DNA of 64,000 bases. Origin: Balanoglossus misakiensis. Lineage: Eukaryota; Animalia; Hemichordata. The notes beneath the pieces were generated by a model, which ran no database searches, was not told the origin of the DNA, and was given only the letters and a program-made list of their open reading frames with translations. Positions 10,481 to 23,100 of the stretch are shown piece after piece (positions within the stretch are counted from its first letter, which is position 1; each line of letters begins with the position of its first letter). The stretch covers positions 15,383,903 to 15,447,902 of the forward strand of contig CM082577.2 in assembly GCA_040954595.2 (NCBI GenBank), written 5' to 3'. Made by a program: the position numbers and the translations under genes.

Positions 10481-10818
10481 GTCAACACAGATGCCAGCAT
10501 TCAAAAGGGGAGTGCCACCTGCTAAAATCAACTCATCTGCTGTTGGCCCATTTTACCTGTGGCAACTGTTCAGAGGAGACAACGTTTATTCCGTGCAAGC
10601 CAACACGCAATGTTGGGGTCTACCTGTCAACACAGATGCAAGCATTCATGTGAGTGAGTATCAGGACTGACCTTGTATTTGCTGAATAATTCATAATGCC
10701 TATTTTAGAATTCTTAGAGGCATTTGGAGTTCATTGCCTGGTCAACCAAACTACACCCCTTAACAGCTGAAACAAAATGCGTATTGTGTTCATTCATTCA
10801 TTGCATCAATATATATAG
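10481..10818 (+). repeat. Diverged copy of the short satellite monomer inside the cassette
   Basis: Collinear matches: cacctg.t.aaat.aactcatctgctgt.ggcc, cacagatgc.agcattcat, gagtgagt, gcctatt.tagaattctta, cattg.ctggtca, ttcattcattcattgcatcaatatat. Confidence 0.85.
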
Positions 10819-11121
10819 GCAACATGAGTATCAAGTAGCACTATTTGTTTACGATTGTATTCATGAAAACTTCCCACTAACAATTCCACAGTTAATATTG
10901 AACACATTTATCCAACAAGGTCAAAAGAAAAAGGGAATCTTCTGGTTCCAAAATACGCCACAAATGTGGGTCAACATACAGTGAAATATTATGGTGCTCA
11001 AATATGCAACATATCAAATCTGTCTCATCAAAGTCATGCTTTAAAAAAGAATTGAAAAGGTATTATTTATCCATTTGACTGCTGTATTTTCAGAAGGAAA
11101 ACAAACTGAATTTGGTTTTTC

Positions 11122-14100
11122 AAGTACCTTATATTTTCTGTAAAATAGACATTTAATTGGCAAGCCGTCCTGCATCAATTATTAATTGTGTACATGCACT
11201 AAAGCGCCCTCACTGCTGGGTGTGTTGTATGGTCTTTAACCCTGTTTCAAATTAGAGTACTTTCTGCAATTTCAAGACAGATCTTACGTGCCATTGGAGA
11301 GCTCCATTGACTGGTCATTCATACTGTTTTCATTCATTCATTGCGGCATCAATATATTTTATCTATTCTAGCCAAAGAGCTTGGCACCTGTTGAAATGAA
11401 CTCATCTGCTGTGGGCCAGTTTATTGGTGGCAGTTGAGCTGAGGAGAGCACCTTCCTTCCCGGCACGCCACCAAGTAAAGTTCCACGCCGCCCACCACAG
11501 ATGCCAGCATTCATTCATGCGAGTGAGTGTAATTGCAAATTTGCCTATTCTAGATCTGTAATGGAAATGGAGAAAGTACCTTATATTTTCTGTAAAATAG
11601 ACATTTAATTGGCAAGCCGTCCTGCATCAATTATTAATTGTGTACATGCACTAAAGCGCCCTCACTGCTGGGTGTGTTGTATGGTCTTTAACCCTGTTTC
11701 AAATTAGAGTACTTTCTGCAATTTCAAGACAGATCTTACGTGCCATTGGAGAGCTCCATTGACTGGTCATTCATACTGTTTTCATTCATTCATTGCGGCA
11801 TCAATATATTTTATCTATTCTAGCCAAAGAGCTTGGCACCTGTTGAAATGAACTCATCTGCTGTGGGCCAGTTTATTGGTGGCAGTTGAGCTGAGGAGAG
11901 CACCTTCCTTCCCGGCACGCCACCAAGTAAAGTTCCACGCCGCCCACCACAGATGCCAGCATTCATTCATGCGAGTGAGTGTAATTGCAAATTTGCCTAT
12001 TCTAGATCTGTAATGGAAATGGAGAAAGTACCTTATATTTTCTGTAAAATAGACATTTAATTGGCAAGCCGTCCTGCATCAATTATTAATTGTGTACATG
12101 CACTAAAGCGCCCTCACTGCTGGGTGTGTTGTATGGTCTTTAACCCTGTTTCAAATTAGAGTACTTTCTGCAATTTCAAGACAGATCTTACGTGCCATTG
12201 GAGAGCTCCATTGACTGGTCATTCATACTGTTTTCATTCATTCATTGCGGCATCAATATATTTTATCTATTCTAGCCAAAGAGCTTGGCACCTGTTGAAA
12301 TGAACTCATCTGCTGTGGGCCAGTTTATTGGTGGCAGTTGAGCTGAGGAGAGCACCTTCCTTCCCGGCACGCCACCAAGTAAAGTTCCACGCCGCCCACC
12401 ACAGATGCCAGCATTCATTCATGCGAGTGAGTGTAATTGCAAATTTGCCTATTCTAGATCTGTAATGGAAATGGAGAAAGTACCTTATATTTTCTGTAAA
12501 ATAGACATTTAATTGGCAAGCCGTCCTGCATCAATTATTAATTGTGTACATGCACTAAAGCGCCCTCACTGCTGGGTGTGTTGTATGGTCTTTAACCCTG
12601 TTTCAAATTAGAGTACTTTCTGCAATTTCAAGACAGATCTTACGTGCCATTGGAGAGCTCCATTGACTGGTCATTCATACTGTTTTCATTCATTCATTGC
12701 GGCATCAATATATTTTATCTATTCTAGCCAAAGAGCTTGGCACCTGTTGAAATGAACTCATCTGCTGTGGGCCAGTTTATTGGTGGCAGTTGAGCTGAGG
12801 AGAGCACCTTCTTTCCCGGCACGCCACCAAGTAAAGTTCCACGCCGCCCACCACAGATGCCAGCATTCATTCATGCGAGTGAGTGTAATTGCAAATTTGC
12901 CTATTCTAGATCTGTAATGGAAATGGAGAAAGTACCTTATATTTTCTGTAAAATAGACATTTAATTGGCAAGCCGTCCTGCATCAATTATTAATTGTGTA
13001 CATGCACTAAAGCGCCCTCACTGCTGGGTGTGTTGTATGGTCTTTAACCCTGTTTCAAATTAGAGTACTTTCTGCAATTTCAAGACAGATCTTACGTGCC
13101 ATTGGAGAGCTCCATTGACTGGTCATTCATACTGTTTTCATTCATTCATTGCGGCATCAATATATTTTATCTATTCTAGCCAAAGAGCTTGGCACCTGTT
13201 GAAATGAACTCATCTGCTGTGGGCCAGTTTATTGGTGGCAGTTGAGCTGAGGAGAGCACCTTCCTTCCCGGCACGCCACCAAGTAAAGTTCCACGCCGCC
13301 CACCACAGATGCCAGCATTCATTCATGCGAGTGAGTGTAATTGCAAATTTGCCTATTCTAGATCTGTAATGGAAATGGAGAAAGTACCTTATATTTTCTG
13401 TAAAATAGACATTTAATTGGCAAGCCGTCCTGCATCAATTATTAATTGTGTACATGCACTAAAGCGCCCTCACTGCTGGGTGTGTTGTATGGTCTTTAAC
13501 CCTGTTTCAAATTAGAGTACTTTCTGCAATTTCAAGACAGATCTTACGTGCCATTGGAGAGCTCCATTGACTGGTCATTCATACTGTTTTCATTCATTCA
13601 TTGCGGCATCAATATATTTTATCTATTCTAGCCAAAGAGCTTGGCACCTGTTGAAATGAACTCATCTGCTGTGGGCCAGTTTATTGGTGGCAGTTGAGCT
13701 GAGGAGAGCACCTTCCTTCCCGGCACGCCACCAAGTAAAGTTCCACGCCGCCCACCACAGATGCCAGCATTCATTCATGCGAGTGAGTGTAATTGCAAAT
13801 TTGCCTATTCTAGAATTCTTACGTGCCATTGGAGAGCTCCATTGACTGGTCATTCATACTGTTTTCATTCATTCATTGCGGCATCAATATATTTTATCTA
13901 TTCTAGCCAAAGAGCTTGGCACCTGTTGAAATGAACTCATCTGCTGTGGGCCAGTTTATTGGTGGCAGTTGAGCTGAGGAGAGCACCTTCCTTCCCGGCA
14001 CGCCACCAAGTAAAGTTCCACGCCGCCCACCACAGATGCCAGCATTCATTCATGCGAGTGAGTGTAATTGCAAATTTGCCTATTCTAGATCTGTAATGGA

Positions 14101-17100
14101 AATGGAGAAAGTACCTTATATTTTCTGTAAAATAGACATTTAATTGGCAAGCCGTCCTGCATCAATTATTAATTGTGTACATGCACTAAAGCGCCCTCAC
14201 TGCTGGGTGTGTTGTATGGTCTTTAACCCTGTTTCAAATTAGAGTACTTTCTGCAATTTCAAGACAGATCTTACGTGCCATTGGAGAGCTCCATTGACTG
14301 GTCATTCATACTGTTTTCATTCATTCATTGCGGCATCAATATATTTTATCTATTCTAGCCAAAGAGCTTGGCACCTGTTGAAATGAACTCATCTGCTGTG
14401 GGCCAGTTTATTGGTGGCAGTTGAGCTGAGGAGAGCACCTTCTTTCCCGGCACGCCACCAAGTAAAGTTCCACGCCGCCCACCACAGATGCCAGCATTCA
14501 TTCATGCGAGTGAGTGTAATTGCAAATTTGCCTATTCTAGAATCTTACGTGCCATTGGAGAGCTCCATTGACTGGTCATTCATACTGTTTTCATTCATTC
14601 ATTGCGGCATCAATATATTTTATCTATTCTAGCCAAAGAGCTTGGCACCTGTTGAAATGAACTCATCTGCTGTGGGCCAGTTTATTGGTGGCAGTTGAGC
14701 TGAGGAGAGCACCTTCTTTCCCGGCACGCCACCAAGTAAAGTTCCACGCCGCCCACCACAGATGCCAGCATTCATTCATGCGAGTGAGTGTAATTGCAAA
14801 TTTGCCTATTTACGTGCCATTGGAGAGCTCCATTGACTGGTCATTCATACTGTTTTCATTCATTCATTGCGGCATCAATATATTTTATCTATTCTAGCCA
14901 AAGAGCTTGGCACCTGTTGAAATGAACTCATCTGCTGTGGGCCAGTTTATTGGTGGCAGTTGAGCTGAGGAGAGCACCTTCCTTCCCGGCACGCCACCAA
15001 GTAAAGTTCCACGCCGCCCACCACAGATGCCAGCATTCATTCATGCGAGTGAGTGTAATTGCAAATTTGCCTATTCTAGATCTGTAATGGAAATGGAGAA
15101 AGTACCTTATATTTTCTGTAAAATAGACATTTAATTGGCAAGCCGTCCTGCATCAATTATTAATTGTGTACATGCACTAAAGCGCCCTCACTGCTGGGTG
15201 TGTTGTATGGTCTTTAACCCTGTTTCAAATTAGAGTACTTTCTGCAATTTCAAGACAGATCTTACGTGCCATTGGAGAGCTCCATTGACTGGTCATTCAT
15301 ACTGTTTTCATTCATTCATTGCGGCATCAATATATTTTATCTATTCTAGCCAAAGAGCTTGGCACCTGTTGAAATGAACTCATCTGCTGTGGGCCAGTTT
15401 ATTGGTGGCAGTTGAGCTGAGGAGAGCACCTTCTTTCCCGGCACGCCACCAAGTAAAGTTCCACGCCGCCCACCACAGATGCCAGCATTCATTCATGCGA
15501 GTGAGTGTAATTGCAAATTTGCCTATTCTAGAATCTTACGTGCCATTGGAGAGCTCCATTGACTGGTCATTCATACTGTTTTCATTTATTCATTGCGGCA
15601 TCAATATATTTTATCTATTCTAGCCAAAGAGCTTGGCACCTGTTGAAATGAACTCATCTGCTGTGGGCCAGTTTATTGGTGGCAGTTGAGCTGAGGAGAG
15701 CACCTTCTTTCCCGGCACGCCACCAAGTAAAGTTCCACGCCGCCCACCACAGATGCCAGCATTCATTCATGCGAGTGAGTGTAATTGCAAATTTGCCTAT
15801 TCTAGAATCTTACGTGCCATTGGAGAGCTCCATTGACTGGTCATTCATACTGTTTTCATTCATTCATTGCAGCATCAATATATTTTATCTATTCTAGCCA
15901 AAGAGCTTGGCACCTGTTGAAATGAACTCATCTGCTGTGGGCCAGTTTATTGGTGGCAGTTGAGCTGAGGAGAGCACCTTCCTTCCCGGCACGCCACCAA
16001 GTAAAGTTCCACGCCGCCCACCACAGATGCCAGCATTCATTCATGCGAGTGAGTGTAATTGCAAATTTGCCTATTCTAGAATCTTACGTGCCATTGGAGA
16101 GCTCCATTGACTGGTCATTCATACTGTTTTCATTCATTCATTGCGGCATCAATATATTTTATCTATTCTAGCCAAAGAGCTTGGCACCTGTTGAAATGAA
16201 CTCATCTGCTGTGGGCCAGTTTATTGGTGGCAGTTGAGCTGAGGAGAGCACCTTCCTTCCCGGCACGCCACCAAGTAAAGTTCCACGCCGCCCACCACAG
16301 ATGCCAGCATTCATTCATGCGAGTGAGTGTAATTGCAAATTTGCCTATTCTAGAATCTTACGTGCCATTGGAGAGCTCCATTGACTGGTCATTCATACTG
16401 TTTTCATTCATTCATTGCGGCATCAATATATTTTATCTATTCTAGCCGAAGAGCTTGGCACCTGTTGAAATGAACTCATCTGCTGTGGGCCAGTTTATTG
16501 GTGGCAGTTGAGCTGAGGAGAGCACCTTCCTTCCCGGCACGCCACCAAGTAAAGTTCCACGCCGCCCACCACAGATGCCAGCATTCATTCATGCGAGTGA
16601 GTGTAATTGCAAATTTGCCTATTCTAGATCTGTAATGGAAATGGAGAAAGTACCTTATATTTTCTGTAAAATAGACATTTAATTGGCAAGCCGTCCTGCA
16701 TCAATTATTAATTGTGTACATGCACTAAAGCGCCCTCACTGCTGGGTGTGTTGTATGGTCTTTAACCCTGTTTCAAATTAGAGTACTTTCTGCAATTTCA
16801 AGACAGATCTTACGTGCCATTGGAGAGCTCCATTGACTGGTCATTCATACTGTTTTCATTCATTCATTGCGGCATCAATATATTTTATCTATTCTAGCCA
16901 AAGAGCTTGGCACCTGTTGAAATGAACTCATCTGCTGTGGGCCAGTTTATTGGTGGCAGTTGAGCTGAGGAGAGCACCTTCCTTCCCGGCACGCCACCAA
17001 GTAAAGTTCCACGCCGCCCACCACAGATGCCAGCATTCATTCATGCGAGTGAGTGTAATTGCAAATTTGCCTATTCTAGATTCTTACGTGCCATTGGAGA

Positions 17101-20100
17101 GCTCCATTGACTGGTCATTCATACTGTTTTCATTCATTCATTGCGGCATCAATATATTTTATCTATTCTAGCCAAAGAGCTTGGCACCTGTTGAAATGAA
17201 CTCATCTGCTGTGGGCCAGTTTATTGGTGGCAGTTGAGCTGAGGAGAGCACCTTCCTTCCCGGCACGCCACCAAGTAAAGTTCCACGCCGCCCACCACAG
17301 ATGCCAGCATTCATTCATGCGAGTGAGTGTAATTGCAAATTTGCCTATTCTAGAATCTTACGTGCCATTGGAGAGCTCCATTGACTGGTCATTCATACTG
17401 TTTTCATTCATTCATTGCGGCATCAATATATTTTATCTATTCTAGCCAAAGAGCTTGGCACCTGTTGAAATGAACTCATCTGCTGTGGGCCAGTTTATTG
17501 GTGGCAGTTGAGCTGAGGAGAGCACCTTCCTTCCCGGCACGCCACCAAGTAAAGTTCCACGCCGCCCACCACAGATGCCAGCATTCATTCATGCGAGTGA
17601 GTGTAATTGCAAATTTGCCTATTCTAGATCTGTAATGGAAATGGAGAAAGTACCTTATATTTTCTGTAAAATAGACATTTAATTGGCAAGCCGTCCTGCA
17701 TCAATTATTAATTGTGTACATGCACTAAAGCGCCCTCACTGCTGGGTGTGTTGTATGGTCTTTAACCCTGTTTCAAATTAGAGTACTTTCTGCAATTTCA
17801 AGACAGATCTTACGTGCCATTGGAGAGCTCCATTGACTGGTCATTCATACTGTTTTCATTCATTCATTGCGGCATCAATATATTTTATCTATTCTAGCCA
17901 AAGAGCTTGGCACCTGTTGAAATGAACTCATCTGCTGTGGGCCAGTTTATTGGTGGCAGTTGAGCTGAGGAGAGCACCTTCCTTCCCGGCACGCCACCAA
18001 GTAAAGTTCCACGCCGCCCACCACAGATGCCAGCATTCATTCATGCGAGTGAGTGTAATTGCAAATTTGCCTATTCTAGATCTGTAATGGAAATGGAGAA
18101 AGTACCTTATATTTTCTGTAAAATAGACATTTAATTGGCAAGCCGTCCTGCATCAATTATTAATTGTGTACATGCACTAAAGCGCCCTCACTGCTGGGTG
18201 TGTTGTATGGTCTTTAACCCTGTTTCAAATTAGAGTACTTTCTGCAATTTCAAGACAGATCTTACGTGCCATTGGAGAGCTCCATTGACTGGTCATTCAT
18301 ACTGTTTTCATTCATTCATTGCGGCATCAATATATTTTATCTATTCTAGCCAAAGAGCTTGGCACCTGTTGAAATGAACTCATCTGCTGTGGGCCAGTTT
18401 ATTGGTGGCAGTTGAGCTGAGGAGAGCACCTTCCTTCCCGGCACGCCACCAAGTAAAGTTCCACGCCGCCCACCACAGATGCCAGCATTCATTCATGCGA
18501 GTGAGTGTAATTGCAAATTTGCCTATTCTAGATCTGTAATGGAAATGGAGAAAGTACCTTATATTTTCTGTAAAATAGACATTTAATTGGCAAGCCGTCC
18601 TGCATCAATTATTAATTGTGTACATGCACTAAAGCGCCCTCACTGCTGGGTGTGTTGTATGGTCTTTAACCCTGTTTCAAATTAGAGTACTTTCTGCAAT
18701 TTCAAGACAGATCTTACGTGCCATTGGAGAGCTCCATTGACTGGTCATTCATACTGTTTTCATTCATTCATTGCGGCATCAATATATTTTATCTATTCTA
18801 GCCAAAGAGCTTGGCACCTGTTGAAATGAACTCATCTGCTGTGGGCCAGTTTATTGGTGGCAGTTGAGCTGAGGAGAGCACCTTCCTTCCCGGCACGCCA
18901 CCAAGTAAAGTTCCACGCCGCCCACCACAGATGCCAGCATTCATTCATGCGAGTGAGTGTAATTGCAAATTTGCCTATTCTAGATCTGTAATGGAAATGG
19001 AGAAAGTACCTTATATTTTCTGTAAAATAGACATTTAATTGGCAAGCCGTCCTGCATCAATTATTAATTGTGTACATGCACTAAAGCGCCCTCACTGCTG
19101 GGTGTGTTGTATGGTCTTTAACCCTGTTTCAAATTAGAGTACTTTCTGCAATTTCAAGACAGATCTTACGTGCCATTGGAGAGCTCCATTGACTGGTCAT
19201 TCATACTGTTTTCATTCATTCATTGCGGCATCAATATATTTTATCTATTCTAGCCAAAGAGCTTGGCACCTGTTGAAATGAACTCATCTGCTGTGGGCCA
19301 GTTTATTGGTGGCAGTTGAGCTGAGGAGAGCACCTTCTTTCCCGGCACGCCACCAAGTAAAGTTCCACGCCGCCCACCACAGATGCCAGCATTCATTCAT
19401 GCGAGTGAGTGTAATTGCAAATTTGCCTATTCTAGATCTGTAATGGAAATGGAGAAAGTACCTTATATTTTCTGTAAAATAGACATTTAATTGGCAAGCC
19501 GTCCTGCATCAATTATTAATTGTGTACATGCACTAAAGCGCCCTCACTGCTGGGTGTGTTGTATGGTCTTTAACCCTGTTTCAAATTAGAGTACTTTCTG
19601 CAATTTCAAGACAGATCTTACGTGCCATTGGAGAGCTCCATTGACTGGTCATTCATACTGTTTTCATTCATTCATTGCGGCATCAATATATTTTATCTAT
19701 TCTAGCCAAAGAGCTTGGCACCTGTTGAAATGAACTCATCTGCTGTGGGCCAGTTTATTGGTGGCAGTTGAGCTGAGGAGAGCACCTTCCTTCCCGGCAC
19801 GCCACCAAGTAAAGTTCCACGCCGCCCACCACAGATGCCAGCATTCATTCATGCGAGTGAGTGTAATTGCAAATTTGCCTATTCTAGATCTGTAATGGAA
19901 ATGGAGAAAGTACCTTATATTTTCTGTAAAATAGACATTTAATTGGCAAGCCGTCCTGCATCAATTATTAATTGTGTACATGCACTAAAGCGCCCTCACT
20001 GCTGGGTGTGTTGTATGGTCTTTAACCCTGTTTCAAATTAGAGTACTTTCTGCAATTTCAAGACAGATCTTACGTGCCATTGGAGAGCTCCATTGACTGG

Positions 20101-23100
20101 TCATTCATACTGTTTTCATTCATTCATTGCGGCATCAATATATTTTATCTATTCTAGCCAAAGAGCTTGGCACCTGTTGAAATGAACTCATCTGCTGTGG
20201 GCCAGTTTATTGGTGGCAGTTGAGCTGAGGAGAGCACCTTCCTTCCCGGCACGCCACCAAGTAAAGTTCCACGCCGCCCACCACAGATGCCAGCATTCAT
20301 TCATGCGAGTGAGTGTAATTGCAAATTTGCCTATTCTAGAATTCTTACGTGCCATTGGAGAGCTCCATTGACTGGTCATTCATACTGTTTTCATTCATTC
20401 ATTGCGGCATCAATATATTTTATCTATTCTAGCCAAAGAGCTTGGCACCTGTTGAAATGAACTCATCTGCTGTGGGCCAGTTTATTGGTGGCAGTTGAGC
20501 TGAGGAGAGCACCTTCCTTCCCGGCACGCCACCAAGTAAAGTTCCACGCCGCCCACCACAGATGCCAGCATTCATTCATGCGAGTGAGTGTAATTGCAAA
20601 TTTGCCTATTCTAGATCTGTAATGGAAATGGAGAAAGTACCTTATATTTTCTGTAAAATAGACATTTAATTGGCAAGCCGTCCTGCATCAATTATTAATT
20701 GTGTACATGCACTAAAGCGCCCTCACTGCTGGGTGTGTTGTATGGTCTTTAACCCTGTTTCAAATTAGAGTACTTTCTGCAATTTCAAGACAGATCTTAC
20801 GTGCCATTGGAGAGCTCCATTGACTGGTCATTCATACTGTTTTCATTCATTCATTGCGGCATCAATATATTTTATCTATTCTAGCCAAAGAGCTTGGCAC
20901 CTGTTGAAATGAACTCATCTGCTGTGGGCCAGTTTATTGGTGGCAGTTGAGCTGAGGAGAGCACCTTCTTTCCCGGCACGCCACCAAGTAAAGTTCCACG
21001 CCGCCCACCACAGATGCCAGCATTCATTCATGCGAGTGAGTGTAATTGCAAATTTGCCTATTCTAGAATCTTACGTGCCATTGGAGAGCTCCATTGACTG
21101 GTCATTCATACTGTTTTCATTCATTCATTGCGGCATCAATATATTTTATCTATTCTAGCCAAAGAGCTTGGCACCTGTTGAAATGAACTCATCTGCTGTG
21201 GGCCAGTTTATTGGTGGCAGTTGAGCTGAGGAGAGCACCTTCTTTCCCGGCACGCCACCAAGTAAAGTTCCACGCCGCCCACCACAGATGCCAGCATTCA
21301 TTCATGCGAGTGAGTGTAATTGCAAATTTGCCTATTTACGTGCCATTGGAGAGCTCCATTGACTGGTCATTCATACTGTTTTCATTCATTCATTGCGGCA
21401 TCAATATATTTTATCTATTCTAGCCAAAGAGCTTGGCACCTGTTGAAATGAACTCATCTGCTGTGGGCCAGTTTATTGGTGGCAGTTGAGCTGAGGAGAG
21501 CACCTTCCTTCCCGGCACGCCACCAAGTAAAGTTCCACGCCGCCCACCACAGATGCCAGCATTCATTCATGCGAGTGAGTGTAATTGCAAATTTGCCTAT
21601 TCTAGATCTGTAATGGAAATGGAGAAAGTACCTTATATTTTCTGTAAAATAGACATTTAATTGGCAAGCCGTCCTGCATCAATTATTAATTGTGTACATG
21701 CACTAAAGCGCCCTCACTGCTGGGTGTGTTGTATGGTCTTTAACCCTGTTTCAAATTAGAGTACTTTCTGCAATTTCAAGACAGATCTTACGTGCCATTG
21801 GAGAGCTCCATTGACTGGTCATTCATACTGTTTTCATTCATTCATTGCGGCATCAATATATTTTATCTATTCTAGCCAAAGAGCTTGGCACCTGTTGAAA
21901 TGAACTCATCTGCTGTGGGCCAGTTTATTGGTGGCAGTTGAGCTGAGGAGAGCACCTTCTTTCCCGGCACGCCACCAAGTAAAGTTCCACGCCGCCCACC
22001 ACAGATGCCAGCATTCATTCATGCGAGTGAGTGTAATTGCAAATTTGCCTATTCTAGAATCTTACGTGCCATTGGAGAGCTCCATTGACTGGTCATTCAT
22101 ACTGTTTTCATTTATTCATTGCGGCATCAATATATTTTATCTATTCTAGCCAAAGAGCTTGGCACCTGTTGAAATGAACTCATCTGCTGTGGGCCAGTTT
22201 ATTGGTGGCAGTTGAGCTGAGGAGAGCACCTTCTTTCCCGGCACGCCACCAAGTAAAGTTCCACGCCGCCCACCACAGATGCCAGCATTCATTCATGCGA
22301 GTGAGTGTAATTGCAAATTTGCCTATTCTAGAATCTTACGTGCCATTGGAGAGCTCCATTGACTGGTCATTCATACTGTTTTCATTCATTCATTGCAGCA
22401 TCAATATATTTTATCTATTCTAGCCAAAGAGCTTGGCACCTGTTGAAATGAACTCATCTGCTGTGGGCCAGTTTATTGGTGGCAGTTGAGCTGAGGAGAG
22501 CACCTTCCTTCCCGGCACGCCACCAAGTAAAGTTCCACGCCGCCCACCACAGATGCCAGCATTCATTCATGCGAGTGAGTGTAATTGCAAATTTGCCTAT
22601 TCTAGAATCTTACGTGCCATTGGAGAGCTCCATTGACTGGTCATTCATACTGTTTTCATTCATTCATTGCGGCATCAATATATTTTATCTATTCTAGCCA
22701 AAGAGCTTGGCACCTGTTGAAATGAACTCATCTGCTGTGGGCCAGTTTATTGGTGGCAGTTGAGCTGAGGAGAGCACCTTCCTTCCCGGCACGCCACCAA
22801 GTAAAGTTCCACGCCGCCCACCACAGATGCCAGCATTCATTCATGCGAGTGAGTGTAATTGCAAATTTGCCTATTCTAGAATCTTACGTGCCATTGGAGA
22901 GCTCCATTGACTGGTCATTCATACTGTTTTCATTCATTCATTGCGGCATCAATATATTTTATCTATTCTAGCCGAAGAGCTTGGCACCTGTTGAAATGAA
23001 CTCATCTGCTGTGGGCCAGTTTATTGGTGGCAGTTGAGCTGAGGAGAGCACCTTCCTTCCCGGCACGCCACCAAGTAAAGTTCCACGCCGCCCACCACAG

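Larger units (their letters stand above)
2965..11280. mobile_element. Composite DNA-transposon-like cassette, copy 1 (split Sola1-like transposase, wHTH-SET gene, His-Me endonuclease), ending in the right TIR at 11257-11280
   Basis: Non-satellite sequence 2965-11121 carries transposase motifs. At 11122 (aagtac) it joins the interior of the 177-bp unit and continues to its right TIR. No dedicated left TIR at 2965. Confidence 0.7.

Noticed and set aside
8683-10984. Short ORFs at 8683, 8935, 9517, 10076, 10438, 10479, 10724
   Set aside because: No recognisable domains, several have non-ATG starts, and the last three overlap the diverged satellite monomer.
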